A stretch of DNA of 62,681 bases, filler included, from Craspedostauros australis (GCA_030167865.1; 6 parts of 6 records of this genome joined end to end with filler, not necessarily neighbours in it), one strand, 5' to 3'. Numbered from the whole stretch's first letter, positions 47,078 through 58,477 are shown. Made by a program: numbers and translations. Notes: generated by a model from the letters alone, not told the origin.

Positions 47078-48688
47078 CAGCACACCATCCCAAGGCTCCC
47101 CGTCCCCTCCATCGAAGACACCATCCAACGATTCCTCCCAACCGCATTGCCTCTGGCCAGAACAACCGACGAACAACAAGCACTCAAACAGGCATGTCAC
47201 GACTTTCCACAACAGGCACAACAACTGCAACAGCGCCTCATTCAAAGACGAGAGGATGAAGGGAACAAGGACTCATCATGGCTGCAGATGTGGTGGAATC
47301 AGATGGGATATCTCCAAGTGAGAGATCCTGTGGTTGTCAACGTGTCGTACTTCTTTCACTTCCTCGATGATCCCACCCTTCATTACACTGCCTGCAACAG
47401 CAATATCAGTAGCAATATCAGTAGCAATGTCAGTAGCAGTGCCAAGGTGAACGTCCAACGAGGTGCAGCTCTGCTGTACAGCACCGCAGAGTTCCGAAAG
47501 ATGGTGTGCACGGGACAGCTCACAGCTGAGGTCATCGGAAGCAAGACAAGAGGCAACCAAGCCCCGTTGTGCTCTGTCGCATACAAGTACATGTTCAACT
47601 CCTGTCGTGTGCCACAACGACAGCAGGATGCGTATCGCATGTACGATCCCAGCCAGCACACCCACAGCATCGTGAGTCGCAAGGGATACTTCTTCTCAAT
47701 CGAGCTGGTGGACGGTGAGAGTCAGGATCCGTTGCCCATCGAGGTGTTGGAGGCTCAGTTGGAGCGTTGTATTGAGATGGCGGATGATCTATCATGTGTT
47801 GGTGCATCAGACATGTCATCCGATATGGCGTTAGATGTGACATCAGACATGGCTTCAGGCATGGCATTGTCACTGTCACCACGAGCCAAGCTGGGTTTGC
47901 TGACCAGCCAGAACAGAGATGACTGGGCCGATGGCAGACAGCAGCTCCTCGATATCGGTGGTGATGCCTTCGGCAAGGATCTGGAACGCTTGGAGAGCGG
48001 CGCCATCCTTCTCAACCTCGATGATCACTCGCCTGTGTCGCGACAGGAGTGTGGAGAGATGTGCTGGACGGGAGGGATGAAGGGCGGTCACAACCGTTGG
48101 TTTGACAAGTCGATCCAGGTGTGCGTGTCCGAGAACGGGAAGAGTGGGTTCTTGGGTGAGCATTCGATGATGGATGGCATGCCATGTGTGAGGTATGCGG
48201 ACTACATCACAGGAGTGACGTATGCTGAGGCCAAGCGTCGATCTCATGCCAAGTATGGCACAGAAGCAGGAGCGTCATCGTCATTGATGATGGATGTGTC
48301 ATCGATGGTGAATGAGCTGTTTGGTGAGATCTTGTCTTCCACCCATGGTGGTCCCAACGGTGTTGCCAATGGTGCGAACAGTGCCAGCTCGGATAGCAAG
48401 ATGATTGTTGATCTTGTGGATGTTGCACAGGCTTCGTTCTATGGTCTCATCAAGAGTCACGATCTGCATGTGCAGAGCTTCCATGGGTATGGGTCTGGAT
48501 GGATGAAGAAGAATGGTTTTTCTCCGGATGCGTTTGTTCAGGCAGCGATGCAGGTTGCATCATTCCGTCTGTTTGGTGAGATGGTAGGTACGTATGAGGC
48601 AACGCAGGTGCGTCGTTTCTTGCATGGTCGTACGGAGACGACCCGCACTGTCTCTCGCAGCATGGAGACATTCGTCAAGATGATGGGT
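47078..48688 (+). repeat. Left arm of 1611-bp inverted repeat (right arm 56867-58477)
   Basis: Position p pairs with 105555-p. No differences were seen by eye or in the translations up to 48439. Six substitutions follow in 48440-48688, then abrupt divergence. Confidence 0.93.
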
Positions 48689-49138
48689 ACACGATGCATA
48701 CTGGACGGCATTGCAGTAGAGACACGGCAGGAGCAGCTGGAAGCCTTGAGAGCTGCAGCGAAGGAGCACTCCGCTTTCATCCGGTTGGCGGCTGATGCCG
48801 AAGGCGTGGATCGTCACTTTTTCGGATTGTCGATGCTTGGCGAGCCCGAAGAAACCCTTCCTGATTTGTTCCAACATCCTGCCTTCCAGGAGTCGAAGAA
48901 GTGGCGCATGAGCACGAGCCACCTGCCACATCCAAGATTTGCCAACTGGGGCTTCGGAGCCGTCGTTCCAGACGGTGTTGGAATTGGATACTCCATCCTT
49001 CCAGATTGCTGCACCTTCAACGTGTCTGCATACGCCGAGACGGAATGGGCAGACAAAATGAGCACGCTGTTGGAGGAAGCTTTGGTGGAACTGAAGGCTG
49101 TCGTGGAAAGCGACCCCGACAAGCAAGAAGAGGACTAA
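47078..49138 (+). CDS. Carnitine O-acyl(acetyl)transferase, copy 1 (5'-truncated; no PTS1)
   Basis: IPRLPVPSIEDT, SWLQMWW..YL, NRWFDKS, catalytic EHSMMDG, SPDAFVQ, YEATQVRRFLHGRTET, GVDRH, STS motif and GAVVPDGVG. Ends DPDKQEED. Confidence 0.93.
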   Translation, partial: QHTIPRLPVPSIEDTIQRFLPTALPLARTTDEQQALKQACHDFPQQAQQLQQRLIQRREDEGNKDSSWLQMWWNQMGYLQVRDPVVVNVSYFFHFLDDPTLHYTACNSNISSNISSNVSSSAKVNVQRGAALLYSTAEFRKMVCTGQLTAEVIGSKTRGNQAPLCSVAYKYMFNSCRVPQRQQDAYRMYDPSQHTHSIVSRKGYFFSIELVDGESQDPLPIEVLEAQLERCIEMADDLSCVGASDMSSDMALDVTSDMASGMALSLSPRAKLGLLTSQNRDDWADGRQQLLDIGGDAFGKDLERLESGAILLNLDDHSPVSRQECGEMCWTGGMKGGHNRWFDKSIQVCVSENGKSGFLGEHSMMDGMPCVRYADYITGVTYAEAKRRSHAKYGTEAGASSSLMMDVSSMVNELFGEILSSTHGGPNGVANGANSASSDSKMIVDLVDVAQASFYGLIKSHDLHVQSFHGYGSGWMKKNGFSPDAFVQAAMQVASFRLFGEMVGTYEATQVRRFLHGRTETTRTVSRSMETFVKMMGTRCILDGIAVETRQEQLEALRAAAKEHSAFIRLAADAEGVDRHFFGLSMLGEPEETLPDLFQHPAFQESKKWRMSTSHLPHPRFANWGFGAVVPDGVGIGYSILPDCCTFNVSAYAETEWADKMSTLLEEALVELKAVVESDPDKQEED

Positions 49139-49340
49139 GCCAGATACCTGGCGAAGCACAGACTCCACAGCAGGTGCACGATGCGAGACAAGGTGCATGT
49201 TTAGAGAGTAGAGACGGAATGAGGTTTTTGTAGTCGTGGTCGCCGTTACTCAGATGCTTGTGTTAGAAGTGATATGAATTGAAATAGAAACCATTGTCAT
49301 GAGCAAAGTTTGGATTCGATGCGACAATTCGGTTCGGTCC

Positions 49341-52300
49341 TCATCCTTGTCTCCCTCTACCGCCGCCTCGTCCGCCACCGCCGCCGCCCCGACCTCCGCG
49401 TCTCCGGCGCTGGCGCCCCCGACCGCGTCCACCCCCGGTTTGACCTGAAACTCCACCTTGTGACTTCGGTTGCTGCCCTGGTATCCGATTGGACTTTCCA
49501 CCTCTGCCTTGGCCTGGGACCGTTCTAGCATTTGTCTGCTTTTGCTTTTGCTGCTGCTGCGGTTGGTGGTTCTGTTGCGCCTGCTGCTTTTGTTTGCCGC
49601 CCCGTCTCCCTCTTCCACCTTGGTTGGCCACGGCTGGCTGCTTCTTTGGCGGTGCGGGCCACATCCCGTTGCTCACCTTGGCCCCGGTAAGGACTTTCCG
49701 CAAATGCATATCTGCGATTCGCATCAAGTCGAAGATCTTGCGAGCTCCCTTCTCAGAGGCGGGTGTTCCCAGATCATGGGGACAGTGCGAGTCGTGCGTC
49801 TCGAAGGGATCCTCGATGCAATGGAACGGTACTCGCTTGTGGAACGACGATCGTGGCAATGACAGATCTCCGCGCTTGATACAAGCGGCGTACAGGCCAG
49901 ATGGAAATTGATGGCTGTAGAAATGGAAGAAGCCGTACACCAACACGGAGATGGGCGTATCGATGAACTCTTGTGGCGGAGCCCACGCGCCGGCCGTTGC
50001 AATGCTGTACCATGACAGCGCGTAGGTCTCCAAATCGTTGATGGTGTGCCAGTAGTTCTCGCTGTTGGGCTCGAAGCCGGTTTTCTTCATGAGCTCCTTC
50101 GACTGCAGGCTTGGCAAGTAGCCGTGGCACTGAAGGTAGAAGATGACCAAGTTGACCCATGCATAGCTGCTGATGAAGTCAGTTCTCGCCGAATTGATTT
50201 CGTGCTCCTTGGCCCAGCGCTTGACCGCCAAGATGAGACGCTTGACACGGATGTCGATGATCGAGTACTCGCGGATCATCCCAGAATTGGCAACCGCGAT
50301 GTCGTTCATGAAGCAAATGTCGAACCTGGAGTATGAAGAAGGCCGCAACAGTGGTATGCAGCAGTGATTATGACAGCGGCCACGGAGAGAGAATCATCAA
50401 GGTGAGAAAGGCGGATCATGGGTTTGATGCAAGAGTTGAACATTTATGCAGGTGTGCAACCAACAGCATGGGGAGAGACCTCATGTCGAATCAGCATAAC
50501 GTGGAGAAGTAAGCATCTTCGTGGCAATCATGGCGTGGACTCACTTGAGCGAACCGTCGTTGCTGTATGGATTTCCAGCGTACATGTAGGAGCCTTGGAC
50601 GACGGGAACACGTGCTCTCGGCACAGGGACCATCTCCTCGAATTCACCTTCCCTGCGTTCGAGGGTGCGGCAGACCTGGTAGACGAGCTGCTTCGTGGAT
50701 GATTCGTATTTGGATGCGGTAATCTTGCCACCGCGGAAGGAATCTCTGAGTCTTTCCACGCCCGGTAGATAGAGCGACAAGTCGACATCTGCGCCATGTC
50801 CGAGGGAGAGATCGGAAAGACAGCTCCCGTAGATGCTTAATCTGGCACCGGCAAATCGGTCCTTGAGAAGCTTCTTGATTTTGTCGTGCACGTTGTTGAT
50901 GGCGCGGTCGTATCTGGACTTGGCGCTCTGCATGGGTGCCTCCTTTGCGAGTGCATCGATTTCGTCGAGAGTTTTGGCGATTTTCAGGATCTGCTTTTGG
51001 GTCTTTTGCCCTTTTTCGGTCTGCTGCTCGGATACCAAGATCTCAAGTGGGTGTCGCAGTTGAGGTTTGGCAAATGTCTGGATTGTCGGAATCCATTGCT
51101 CCGACCAAAAGGAGGGATCACCGAAGGAGTGGTCGACGACGGAGAGGGCCGTGTTGTATCCCACGTACGCGGCGACAATGTCAGTCAGTTCTGCCTTGAA
51201 TGCAGTCCGTCTCTTCGCCGAGACGATGTCGTAGATGTTGATGCCGAGAATCCAGTACCTGTTGTCCTTTTTGGTCCGATATTTGACATCTCCGATATAA
51301 AGGTCCTTGTCTCGGTTCCGCTTGTGGTTGAAGGCGGCAGCCAAATGCGGCGCCAAGGCGCGGATGGAATTGATCGTGCGTACCAGTCGGATATGGGCTG
51401 GGTCGTACATGCTCTCTTCGTCGTCATCGTCGCCCTCAGCATCATCATCGTCTGCAGCTGTGTCTGCATCGGCAGTGTTGGCATTGGTTGCATCTCCTTC
51501 CTTGCCATTCTGATCTTGGCCATCGGCAGTGTTCGTCTTGTCAGTGTTGCCATTGCCATTGTCCGCCTTAGCGGTGTCTGCCTTGGAGACTTCGGCCCCA
51601 CCAGTCTCAGACTTGGGAGTATCGGGTGCACCTTCGTCAGCGGCTGGCGGCTGCAAGGTGGCATCCGATTGCTCCTGGTTGCCAGGATCGTCAGCCACAG
51701 CAGTGCCTTCATCCTTGGACTTGTTGCGATCGATGATACGCTGCTGCTCATGTTCGAGCGCCTTGACACGCTTCTCGTTGCGCGAGAGCATCTTTCCGCC
51801 GTTGAGCTCCTTGGCCTTTGCCTCGCGTTCTTTTTTTCCCTTGCGATGGCGGCCGCGGAAGAAGTCCAGCAGGCACATTTCGATTTGATTGCTGAAGTTG
51901 GTATCTCGAGCCAAGTGCTGGTAAACCGAGTAGACTGCTTTCGATGCTGGGTCTTCTGTGTCCTTGTCCTTGGCGCCCTCGTCATCCTTTGTGGCTTTGC
52001 CATCCCCTGAGGCTTCTTCTCCTTCTGCAACCTTTTCAGCCTCGGCGACCTCTGCGGCCTCCTTTCCTTCGTCTGCCTCACGGTCCTTGACGACTTGCTC
52101 GCCAGTCGCCGGCTCATCTTGAGACTTGCCATCCCCATCAACAGGTTTGTTGTCATCGAGCTTGTCATCTTTGCTTTCTTCGGCCTCTCCGGCAACGATC
52201 TCAGGCTCCTCGATGGCGATCTCGGATGGATCTATCTTGAGGATGGCTTCGATCTCCATGTCCGGATACATCTTCTGGAGCATGGACTGCGCAGAGAAGA

Positions 52301-52541
52301 GCAGCAGCGGCTCCTTGTCCGCTCCTGGATAGCGCTCGTGCTCGATGCAGAGGTATCCATCTCCACGATCAAACACCGTCTCCTCCTCCCAGATGTTGGG
52401 CAACCGGACGCGTTGGCGCTCGTTCGAGTCCTCATCATCGGAGCATTCGCTTACCGTGGCAGCATTGATGTCGTCGTTGGTGATATCGATGACTGCATCG
52501 TCATCCGCCGCAGGTGCTGCGGGTGCTGCGGATTCTGACAT
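49341..52541 (-). CDS. Cid1/TUTase-type non-canonical poly(A)/terminal uridylyl polymerase; exons 52541-50545 and 50325-49341
   Basis: YGSCLSDLSLGHGADVDL (GS..DxD), ARVPVV, FDICFMNDIAVANS, VKRWAK, SSYAWVNLVIFYLQ and IEDPFE..HD. The GTGAGT..CAG intron is in phase. Long acidic N-terminus and RGG tail. Start codon uncertain. Confidence 0.9.
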
Positions 52542-53206
52542 GCTGGACGGTCTCCTTCCACGAGATGGCGCCACTTGTGATGGTTCGAAGGCTTCAGCGC
52601 CTCTTGCTGGCTTCCAGTCCACGCTTTTGCTTCTGTCGTTGCTCTGCACTACGACTATATGTGCCAATGCCGACAATGTATCTCACACTCCTGCCTTGGT
52701 GTCTGAATCATTTGCGCCTCCCGACGTTCTGCGAGACTCTGTGGTGGTGTCCAACGAACCGCGATGGCGCCATCGCGCCAACCCGCGATCGTGTTCTTGC
52801 CACCACCTTTCATCGCCTTTTCGCCACCAATCTTTCTCTCCCGTACATTCTGCGCGTACAAAAATGTCTGGTTTTCTGGGGATGTGTCATTGTTTGGATT
52901 GATGTGGCCTGGTCAGCGGGTGGGTGGACAGACAGTGCAGATGGTAGTATCTAGGTACTTGTCCAAACATCCTTGTTGGATAAGTTCCCATCTCTTTTGG
53001 AAATCTGTATTTTGCGAGAAAGTACTATCACAATGATCTTTCGCGCCATCACCGAGACTGTCGAAAACAAACAGAACAACCACAAGAACAATCTCGACAA
53101 GCCACGCCTTGTACTATATTCGGGAGTATCGATGGTGGTGATGGTGCCGCGATGTGCAATACAAATGCAATAGAAGGAGCCGATAGCAGATAGATCCATT
53201 GCAACC

Positions 53207-56200
53207 ATGAAAGCAATGAGGATGGGCGCGATGAGGACACGGATGCTGATTCTCCTCTTCGCGCGAGCCTTCGCTTCAGTTGGGGCCGACCTCAATGTCA
53301 CTCAATTGGACTGCGGAATGAGGGTCCTCGCACTCAAGTTTGCGTCGCAGACTCTCCGCTCACGCACATCCGTTCATATCAGTCCTCATCTTCTCAACCA
53401 CAACAACAACAACGAATGCGTGGGCGTTGCGAGAGGCACTCACTGCAACAGCGAGGTGCTACGCCACGTTCGCGAGGCGCTGGAGATGGATTGGCTATGT
53501 CCCGACTTCGGCGCTCCTCGCGACAGCGGCCACACCAACCATGACGACAACGGCATTCGCAATGACGTAGCACAGCAGGATATCACACGATCCAATGCCA
53601 ACGATATCGACTGTCCTTTGGATTGTCCACGCTGTTGTGTGTACGTTGCTCCATCATCCATAACCCTGCAGGAAGATGGCCAACATGCTCACACAGGGTT
53701 TCTGTTTCATCGCCAACCATCGGCTTCGTCGTCGACGCATCCTGATGGATCCTTCGATCGCCCGTTCATATCCATTCATGATGCAATCGCGCATGTACGG
53801 CGAATGCGCAGTCACCATCGCAAACATGCCTTTCGCCGCAACATCAACATCACCGCCAATCACAACAGCACTCAAGGCGAGCGGAGCAGGCGAAGGGACA
53901 ATGATTCACATCACTCGTCCATCCCAAGTCGCTTCCATGTGGTGTTACGACAAGGAGTGCATCACATGCTGAAGACGCTGGTGCTCACAGCCGACGACAG
54001 CAATATCACGATTCGGAGTATCGTGGGCGAACACGCCACAATCGGAGGCGGCGTGCCGTTGCCACCTGACCTTCCTTGGCGGCCATGCCAGTCGCCACGG
54101 TGCGCCACCTCCTCCATTCTCGTTGCCAATTTGGGCACCATCCTCTCGCCTGAAGCACATGCGCCGAATCCACCGTCCTTGTTCACCTCGACCGCCAGGT
54201 ACATCCGAGCCAGGTACCCCAACTCCAACCCAGAGACGGACCAATGGGGCTACGCGTCCCACAACCGGGCCAACTACTCGATACCTTCCCACGATGTGTT
54301 GGAATGGCGCAAGCCAGAGCCTGACCCCAGCAACGTCCCCAATTTCACGTACATTGATTTCGCGTCAAACCGCGACTGCAGCATTCCTCAGAAGCACGAC
54401 AGTGCGCAAGATGGCTACAACCTCTACGCATCCGGTCACGGTGGCGTATGCGCCACACTCTGGGGACCCGGCGCAGACAGCTACTGGTGTTCCAACGCCA
54501 GTTCCGGTGGTTGGGCGGAAGTGGATCAGGAATGCGCCATCACAGGCCAGCTCAACATACCGGTCGGCATGACCTATAATCGATCCACGGATGTCGGACA
54601 GTTCTTGCAAACGACCAAGAACTCCGCAGGGGGTATCGTGCATGCGTGGCATTCCCAAAGTTGGGCGATGCACATGTTTCAGATCGCGGCGCACAACAAA
54701 TCAAGCGCCTCCCTCACCTTCGCATCTGGTGGTGGAAAGCAGGGCGGGCGGAATTGGTGTCGATGCGATCAGTGCACGTACGCAGGCTCTTGGTGTCGGC
54801 AGCATCAGAATCCGCCGGATGATACCGACACGCGCTTGATCAGCGGATCGTGGGTCGTGGAGCATGTCCTGGAGGCCTTGGATCAGCCGGGCGAATTCTT
54901 CTATGATGCCAGCTCCATGGACCTCTACGTGTTTCCGAACCGCACCCAAGATCTGAAGGATTTCACATTCGGTTGGATCGAGAGGCTCATTGAAATTCAT
55001 GATGGCGCTGTCGGTGTTCGATTGGAAGGGATCCGATTCCAGCATACGAAGGCCACGTACATGGATGGCAATTGGTCGGCACCCTCCGGTGGCGATTGGG
55101 CGTTGCACAGGAATGGTGCGGTCTTCATCGAGCAAGCCAGCAACATCACCGTCCGGAATTGTGAATTCCACCGCATCGACGGCAACGCCATCTTCCTGTC
55201 CGGGAGAACACGCCATGTGGACATCCGATACAACAAATTCGAATGGTTGGGTGAGAATGCGATTGCGACCTGGGGCAATACGGATGCGTTCGACGCAACC
55301 GCTGGGGACTTCCCAGTCTCCACCTTCATCGAAGGCAACGTGATGAGAGAAGTTGGGATCTATCAGAAGCAATCTTCCGGCATCGGACAGGCCAAAGCGG
55401 CCAAGACCACCATCCGGAAGAATATCATGTTCAACATGCCGCGGGCGGCAATCAACTTCAATGACATGGTGGGTGGCGGCGACATTATCGAAGGCAACCT
55501 CATCTTCAACACCTGCCGCGAATCCGGCGATCACGGTCCCATCAATTCATGGGATCGTCAACCATTCCTGACGACGTTGCGGGATGGCATCACACCGTCC
55601 TTCCGGCCGCTGCATCGACAGATCCGCAGCAATTTCATATTCGCCAACTATGGTGGTAGTCAGGGAGTGGACAATGATGACGGTTCCTCGTGGTACAACA
55701 TTTCCCGCAATGTCTTTTACATGGCCGAAGGCTTCAAGATGGACTACGGTGGTCATGATTCCATCTTCCATGACAATCTGATTCTATCCTATCCCTACGA
55801 CAACAGCCAATGCTTCAACGTGGCATCCTTTTTGAAAGACCACGAGGACCGGCTGTACAACAACATCTGCGTCGTTGGACTGGGCCGACACTTCCTGGAT
55901 TCGGGTTGCGGAAATCCAACTTGCGCATCGCAAGCACCCGTCGATGAGACTTCCATGGAAGTTGTGGGATACATCTGGGAAGATTGCGATAAGACTCGCT
56001 TGCGTCTGTCCAACAACACGTACTTCACGAACAATGGCACGGCCGTGATCCATTGCGGCGGCCGTCAGCACACGATTGAAGAGATGCAACGTCTGCATGG
56101 ATTGGAGGTGGGCTCGACGTATCACAAAACACCGCGGGCACGAGCGCTGGTTGACATGGCGTCCGCCATGCTGTTCAATGGTGATGCTGAACACCTGCTG

Positions 56201-56299
56201 CCTCAGCGGTTGCCCACGTCGCCGTTGCCACCAGCAACAGCGACATCGACAGAGCCTGCGACAGCAAAGTTGCGTTCCTTGCGAATGCCCCGACGTTGA
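53207..56299 (+). CDS. Secreted right-handed parallel beta-helix (pectin-lyase fold) protein, GH141-like putative CAZyme
   Basis: Signal peptide, GSFDRPFISIHDA, VVLRQGVH, RARYPN, EALDQPGEFFYD, repeated I..N.F rungs, RESGDHGPINSWDRQ and DNDDGSS. Confidence 0.75.
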   Translation: MKAMRMGAMRTRMLILLFARAFASVGADLNVTQLDCGMRVLALKFASQTLRSRTSVHISPHLLNHNNNNECVGVARGTHCNSEVLRHVREALEMDWLCPDFGAPRDSGHTNHDDNGIRNDVAQQDITRSNANDIDCPLDCPRCCVYVAPSSITLQEDGQHAHTGFLFHRQPSASSSTHPDGSFDRPFISIHDAIAHVRRMRSHHRKHAFRRNINITANHNSTQGERSRRRDNDSHHSSIPSRFHVVLRQGVHHMLKTLVLTADDSNITIRSIVGEHATIGGGVPLPPDLPWRPCQSPRCATSSILVANLGTILSPEAHAPNPPSLFTSTARYIRARYPNSNPETDQWGYASHNRANYSIPSHDVLEWRKPEPDPSNVPNFTYIDFASNRDCSIPQKHDSAQDGYNLYASGHGGVCATLWGPGADSYWCSNASSGGWAEVDQECAITGQLNIPVGMTYNRSTDVGQFLQTTKNSAGGIVHAWHSQSWAMHMFQIAAHNKSSASLTFASGGGKQGGRNWCRCDQCTYAGSWCRQHQNPPDDTDTRLISGSWVVEHVLEALDQPGEFFYDASSMDLYVFPNRTQDLKDFTFGWIERLIEIHDGAVGVRLEGIRFQHTKATYMDGNWSAPSGGDWALHRNGAVFIEQASNITVRNCEFHRIDGNAIFLSGRTRHVDIRYNKFEWLGENAIATWGNTDAFDATAGDFPVSTFIEGNVMREVGIYQKQSSGIGQAKAAKTTIRKNIMFNMPRAAINFNDMVGGGDIIEGNLIFNTCRESGDHGPINSWDRQPFLTTLRDGITPSFRPLHRQIRSNFIFANYGGSQGVDNDDGSSWYNISRNVFYMAEGFKMDYGGHDSIFHDNLILSYPYDNSQCFNVASFLKDHEDRLYNNICVVGLGRHFLDSGCGNPTCASQAPVDETSMEVVGYIWEDCDKTRLRLSNNTYFTNNGTAVIHCGGRQHTIEEMQRLHGLEVGSTYHKTPRARALVDMASAMLFNGDAEHLLPQRLPTSPLPPATATSTEPATAKLRSLRMPRR

Positions 56300-56410
56300 A
56301 TGTAAGAATGTGAACTTTTATACTTGATCACGGTGCTGTCGTATGCATCTAACTCTTACTGGTATTCATGTCCCATTATTCCACTCACCAACGGCTGCAA
56401 TGCTATCCAC

Positions 56411-58477
56411 CTACAATTTGCTCACTGGTTTCGCAGCTGCTGTTGCCTCGAGGATGATCTTCATTTCGAGCAAGGCCTCCTCCAGAAGCTCCGACAGCTT
56501 GTCTGTCCACTCGAGGTGCTTCAATGCGGTGACGCAGAACACGCAGGACTTGGCGTGGATGGAATACGCCAAACCGACGCCATCCGGCACCACCTCGCCG
56601 TACCCCCACAGAGCAAAGCGTGGATGGCTGAGCTGGCTTGTGCTCATGCGCCAGCGCTTGGCCCGAGCGAAGAGCTCGTTGGACATGAGGGCGGGTACCG
56701 ATTCGTGGGCCTTGACCATCATGGATAATCCAAGGAGGTGGCGGTCGACACCCTGCGCGCGCCCAGCCTTGCGCATGTACTTGTTGTGGTCCGCGACCGC
56801 AACTTTGAGCGCCTTCTTGATTTTGACGCTTTGGAATGCATTGACCCTTGCGAGCGTTGCTCTGGGACCCATCATCTTGACGAATGTCTCCATGCTGCGA
56901 GAGACAGTACGGGTCGTCTCCGTACGACCATGCAAGAAACGACGCACCTGCGTTGCCTCATACGTACCCACCATCTCACCAAACAGACGGAATGATGCCA
57001 CCTGCATCGCTGCCTGAACAAACGCATCCGGAGAAAAACCATTCTGCTTCATCCATCCAGACCCATACCCATGGAAGCTCTGCACATGTAGATCGTGACT
57101 CTTGATGAGACCATGGAACGAAGCCTGTGCAACATCCACAAGATCAACAATCATCTTGCTATCCGAGCTGGCACTGTTCGCACCATTGGCAACACCGTTG
57201 GGACCACCATGGGTGGAAGACAAGATCTCACCAAACAGCTCATTCACCATCGATGACACATCCATCATCAATGACGATGACGCTCCTGCTTCTGTGCCAT
57301 ACTTGGCATGAGATCGACGCTTGGCCTCAGCATACGTCACTCCTGTGATGTAGTCCGCATACCTCACACATGGCATGCCATCCATCATCGAATGCTCACC
57401 CAAGAACCCACTCTTCCCGTTCTCGGACACGCACACCTGGATCGACTTGTCAAACCAACGGTTGTGACCGCCCTTCATCCCTCCCGTCCAGCACATCTCT
57501 CCACACTCCTGTCGCGACACAGGCGAGTGATCATCGAGGTTGAGAAGGATGGCGCCGCTCTCCAAGCGTTCCAGATCCTTGCCGAAGGCATCACCACCGA
57601 TATCGAGGAGCTGCTGTCTGCCATCGGCCCAGTCATCTCTGTTCTGGCTGGTCAGCAAACCCAGCTTGGCTCGTGGTGACAGTGACAATGCCATGCCTGA
57701 AGCCATGTCTGATGTCACATCTAACGCCATATCGGATGACATGTCTGATGCACCAACACATGATAGATCATCCGCCATCTCAATACAACGCTCCAACTGA
57801 GCCTCCAACACCTCGATGGGCAACGGATCCTGACTCTCACCGTCCACCAGCTCGATTGAGAAGAAGTATCCCTTGCGACTCACGATGCTGTGGGTGTGCT
57901 GGCTGGGATCGTACATGCGATACGCATCCTGCTGTCGTTGTGGCACACGACAGGAGTTGAACATGTACTTGTATGCGACAGAGCACAACGGGGCTTGGTT
58001 GCCTCTTGTCTTGCTTCCGATGACCTCAGCTGTGAGCTGTCCCGTGCACACCATCTTTCGGAACTCTGCGGTGCTGTACAGCAGAGCTGCACCTCGTTGG
58101 ACGTTCACCTTGGCACTGCTACTGACATTGCTACTGATATTGCTACTGATATTGCTGTTGCAGGCAGTGTAATGAAGGGTGGGATCATCGAGGAAGTGAA
58201 AGAAGTACGACACGTTGACAACCACAGGATCTCTCACTTGGAGATATCCCATCTGATTCCACCACATCTGCAGCCATGATGAGTCCTTGTTCCCTTCATC
58301 CTCTCGTCTTTGAATGAGGCGCTGTTGCAGTTGTTGTGCCTGTTGTGGAAAGTCGTGACATGCCTGTTTGAGTGCTTGTTGTTCGTCGGTTGTTCTGGCC
58401 AGAGGCAATGCGGTTGGGAGGAATCGTTGGATGGTGTCTTCGATGGAGGGGACGGGGAGCCTTGGGATGGTGTGCTG
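56411..58477 (-). CDS. Carnitine O-acyl(acetyl)transferase, copy 2 (5'-truncated; C-terminal PTS1 -SKL)
   Basis: Same core as copy 1. The distinct but homologous C-terminal ~150 aa (GVDRHLLGL, MSTSQL, GEVVPDGVG) ends KPVSKL-stop. Confidence 0.93.
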   Translation of the reverse strand, partial: QHTIPRLPVPSIEDTIQRFLPTALPLARTTDEQQALKQACHDFPQQAQQLQQRLIQRREDEGNKDSSWLQMWWNQMGYLQVRDPVVVNVSYFFHFLDDPTLHYTACNSNISSNISSNVSSSAKVNVQRGAALLYSTAEFRKMVCTGQLTAEVIGSKTRGNQAPLCSVAYKYMFNSCRVPQRQQDAYRMYDPSQHTHSIVSRKGYFFSIELVDGESQDPLPIEVLEAQLERCIEMADDLSCVGASDMSSDMALDVTSDMASGMALSLSPRAKLGLLTSQNRDDWADGRQQLLDIGGDAFGKDLERLESGAILLNLDDHSPVSRQECGEMCWTGGMKGGHNRWFDKSIQVCVSENGKSGFLGEHSMMDGMPCVRYADYITGVTYAEAKRRSHAKYGTEAGASSSLMMDVSSMVNELFGEILSSTHGGPNGVANGANSASSDSKMIVDLVDVAQASFHGLIKSHDLHVQSFHGYGSGWMKQNGFSPDAFVQAAMQVASFRLFGEMVGTYEATQVRRFLHGRTETTRTVSRSMETFVKMMGPRATLARVNAFQSVKIKKALKVAVADHNKYMRKAGRAQGVDRHLLGLSMMVKAHESVPALMSNELFARAKRWRMSTSQLSHPRFALWGYGEVVPDGVGLAYSIHAKSCVFCVTALKHLEWTDKLSELLEEALLEMKIILEATAAAKPVSKL
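56867..58477 (-). repeat. Right arm of 1611-bp inverted repeat
   Basis: Reverse complement of 47078-48688. Confidence 0.93.

Noticed and set aside
47078..58477. Inverted termini as transposon/Polinton TIRs or a linear plasmid
   Set aside because: The arms are coding sequence of a metabolic enzyme, and no transposase, integrase, polB or capsid gene lies between them.
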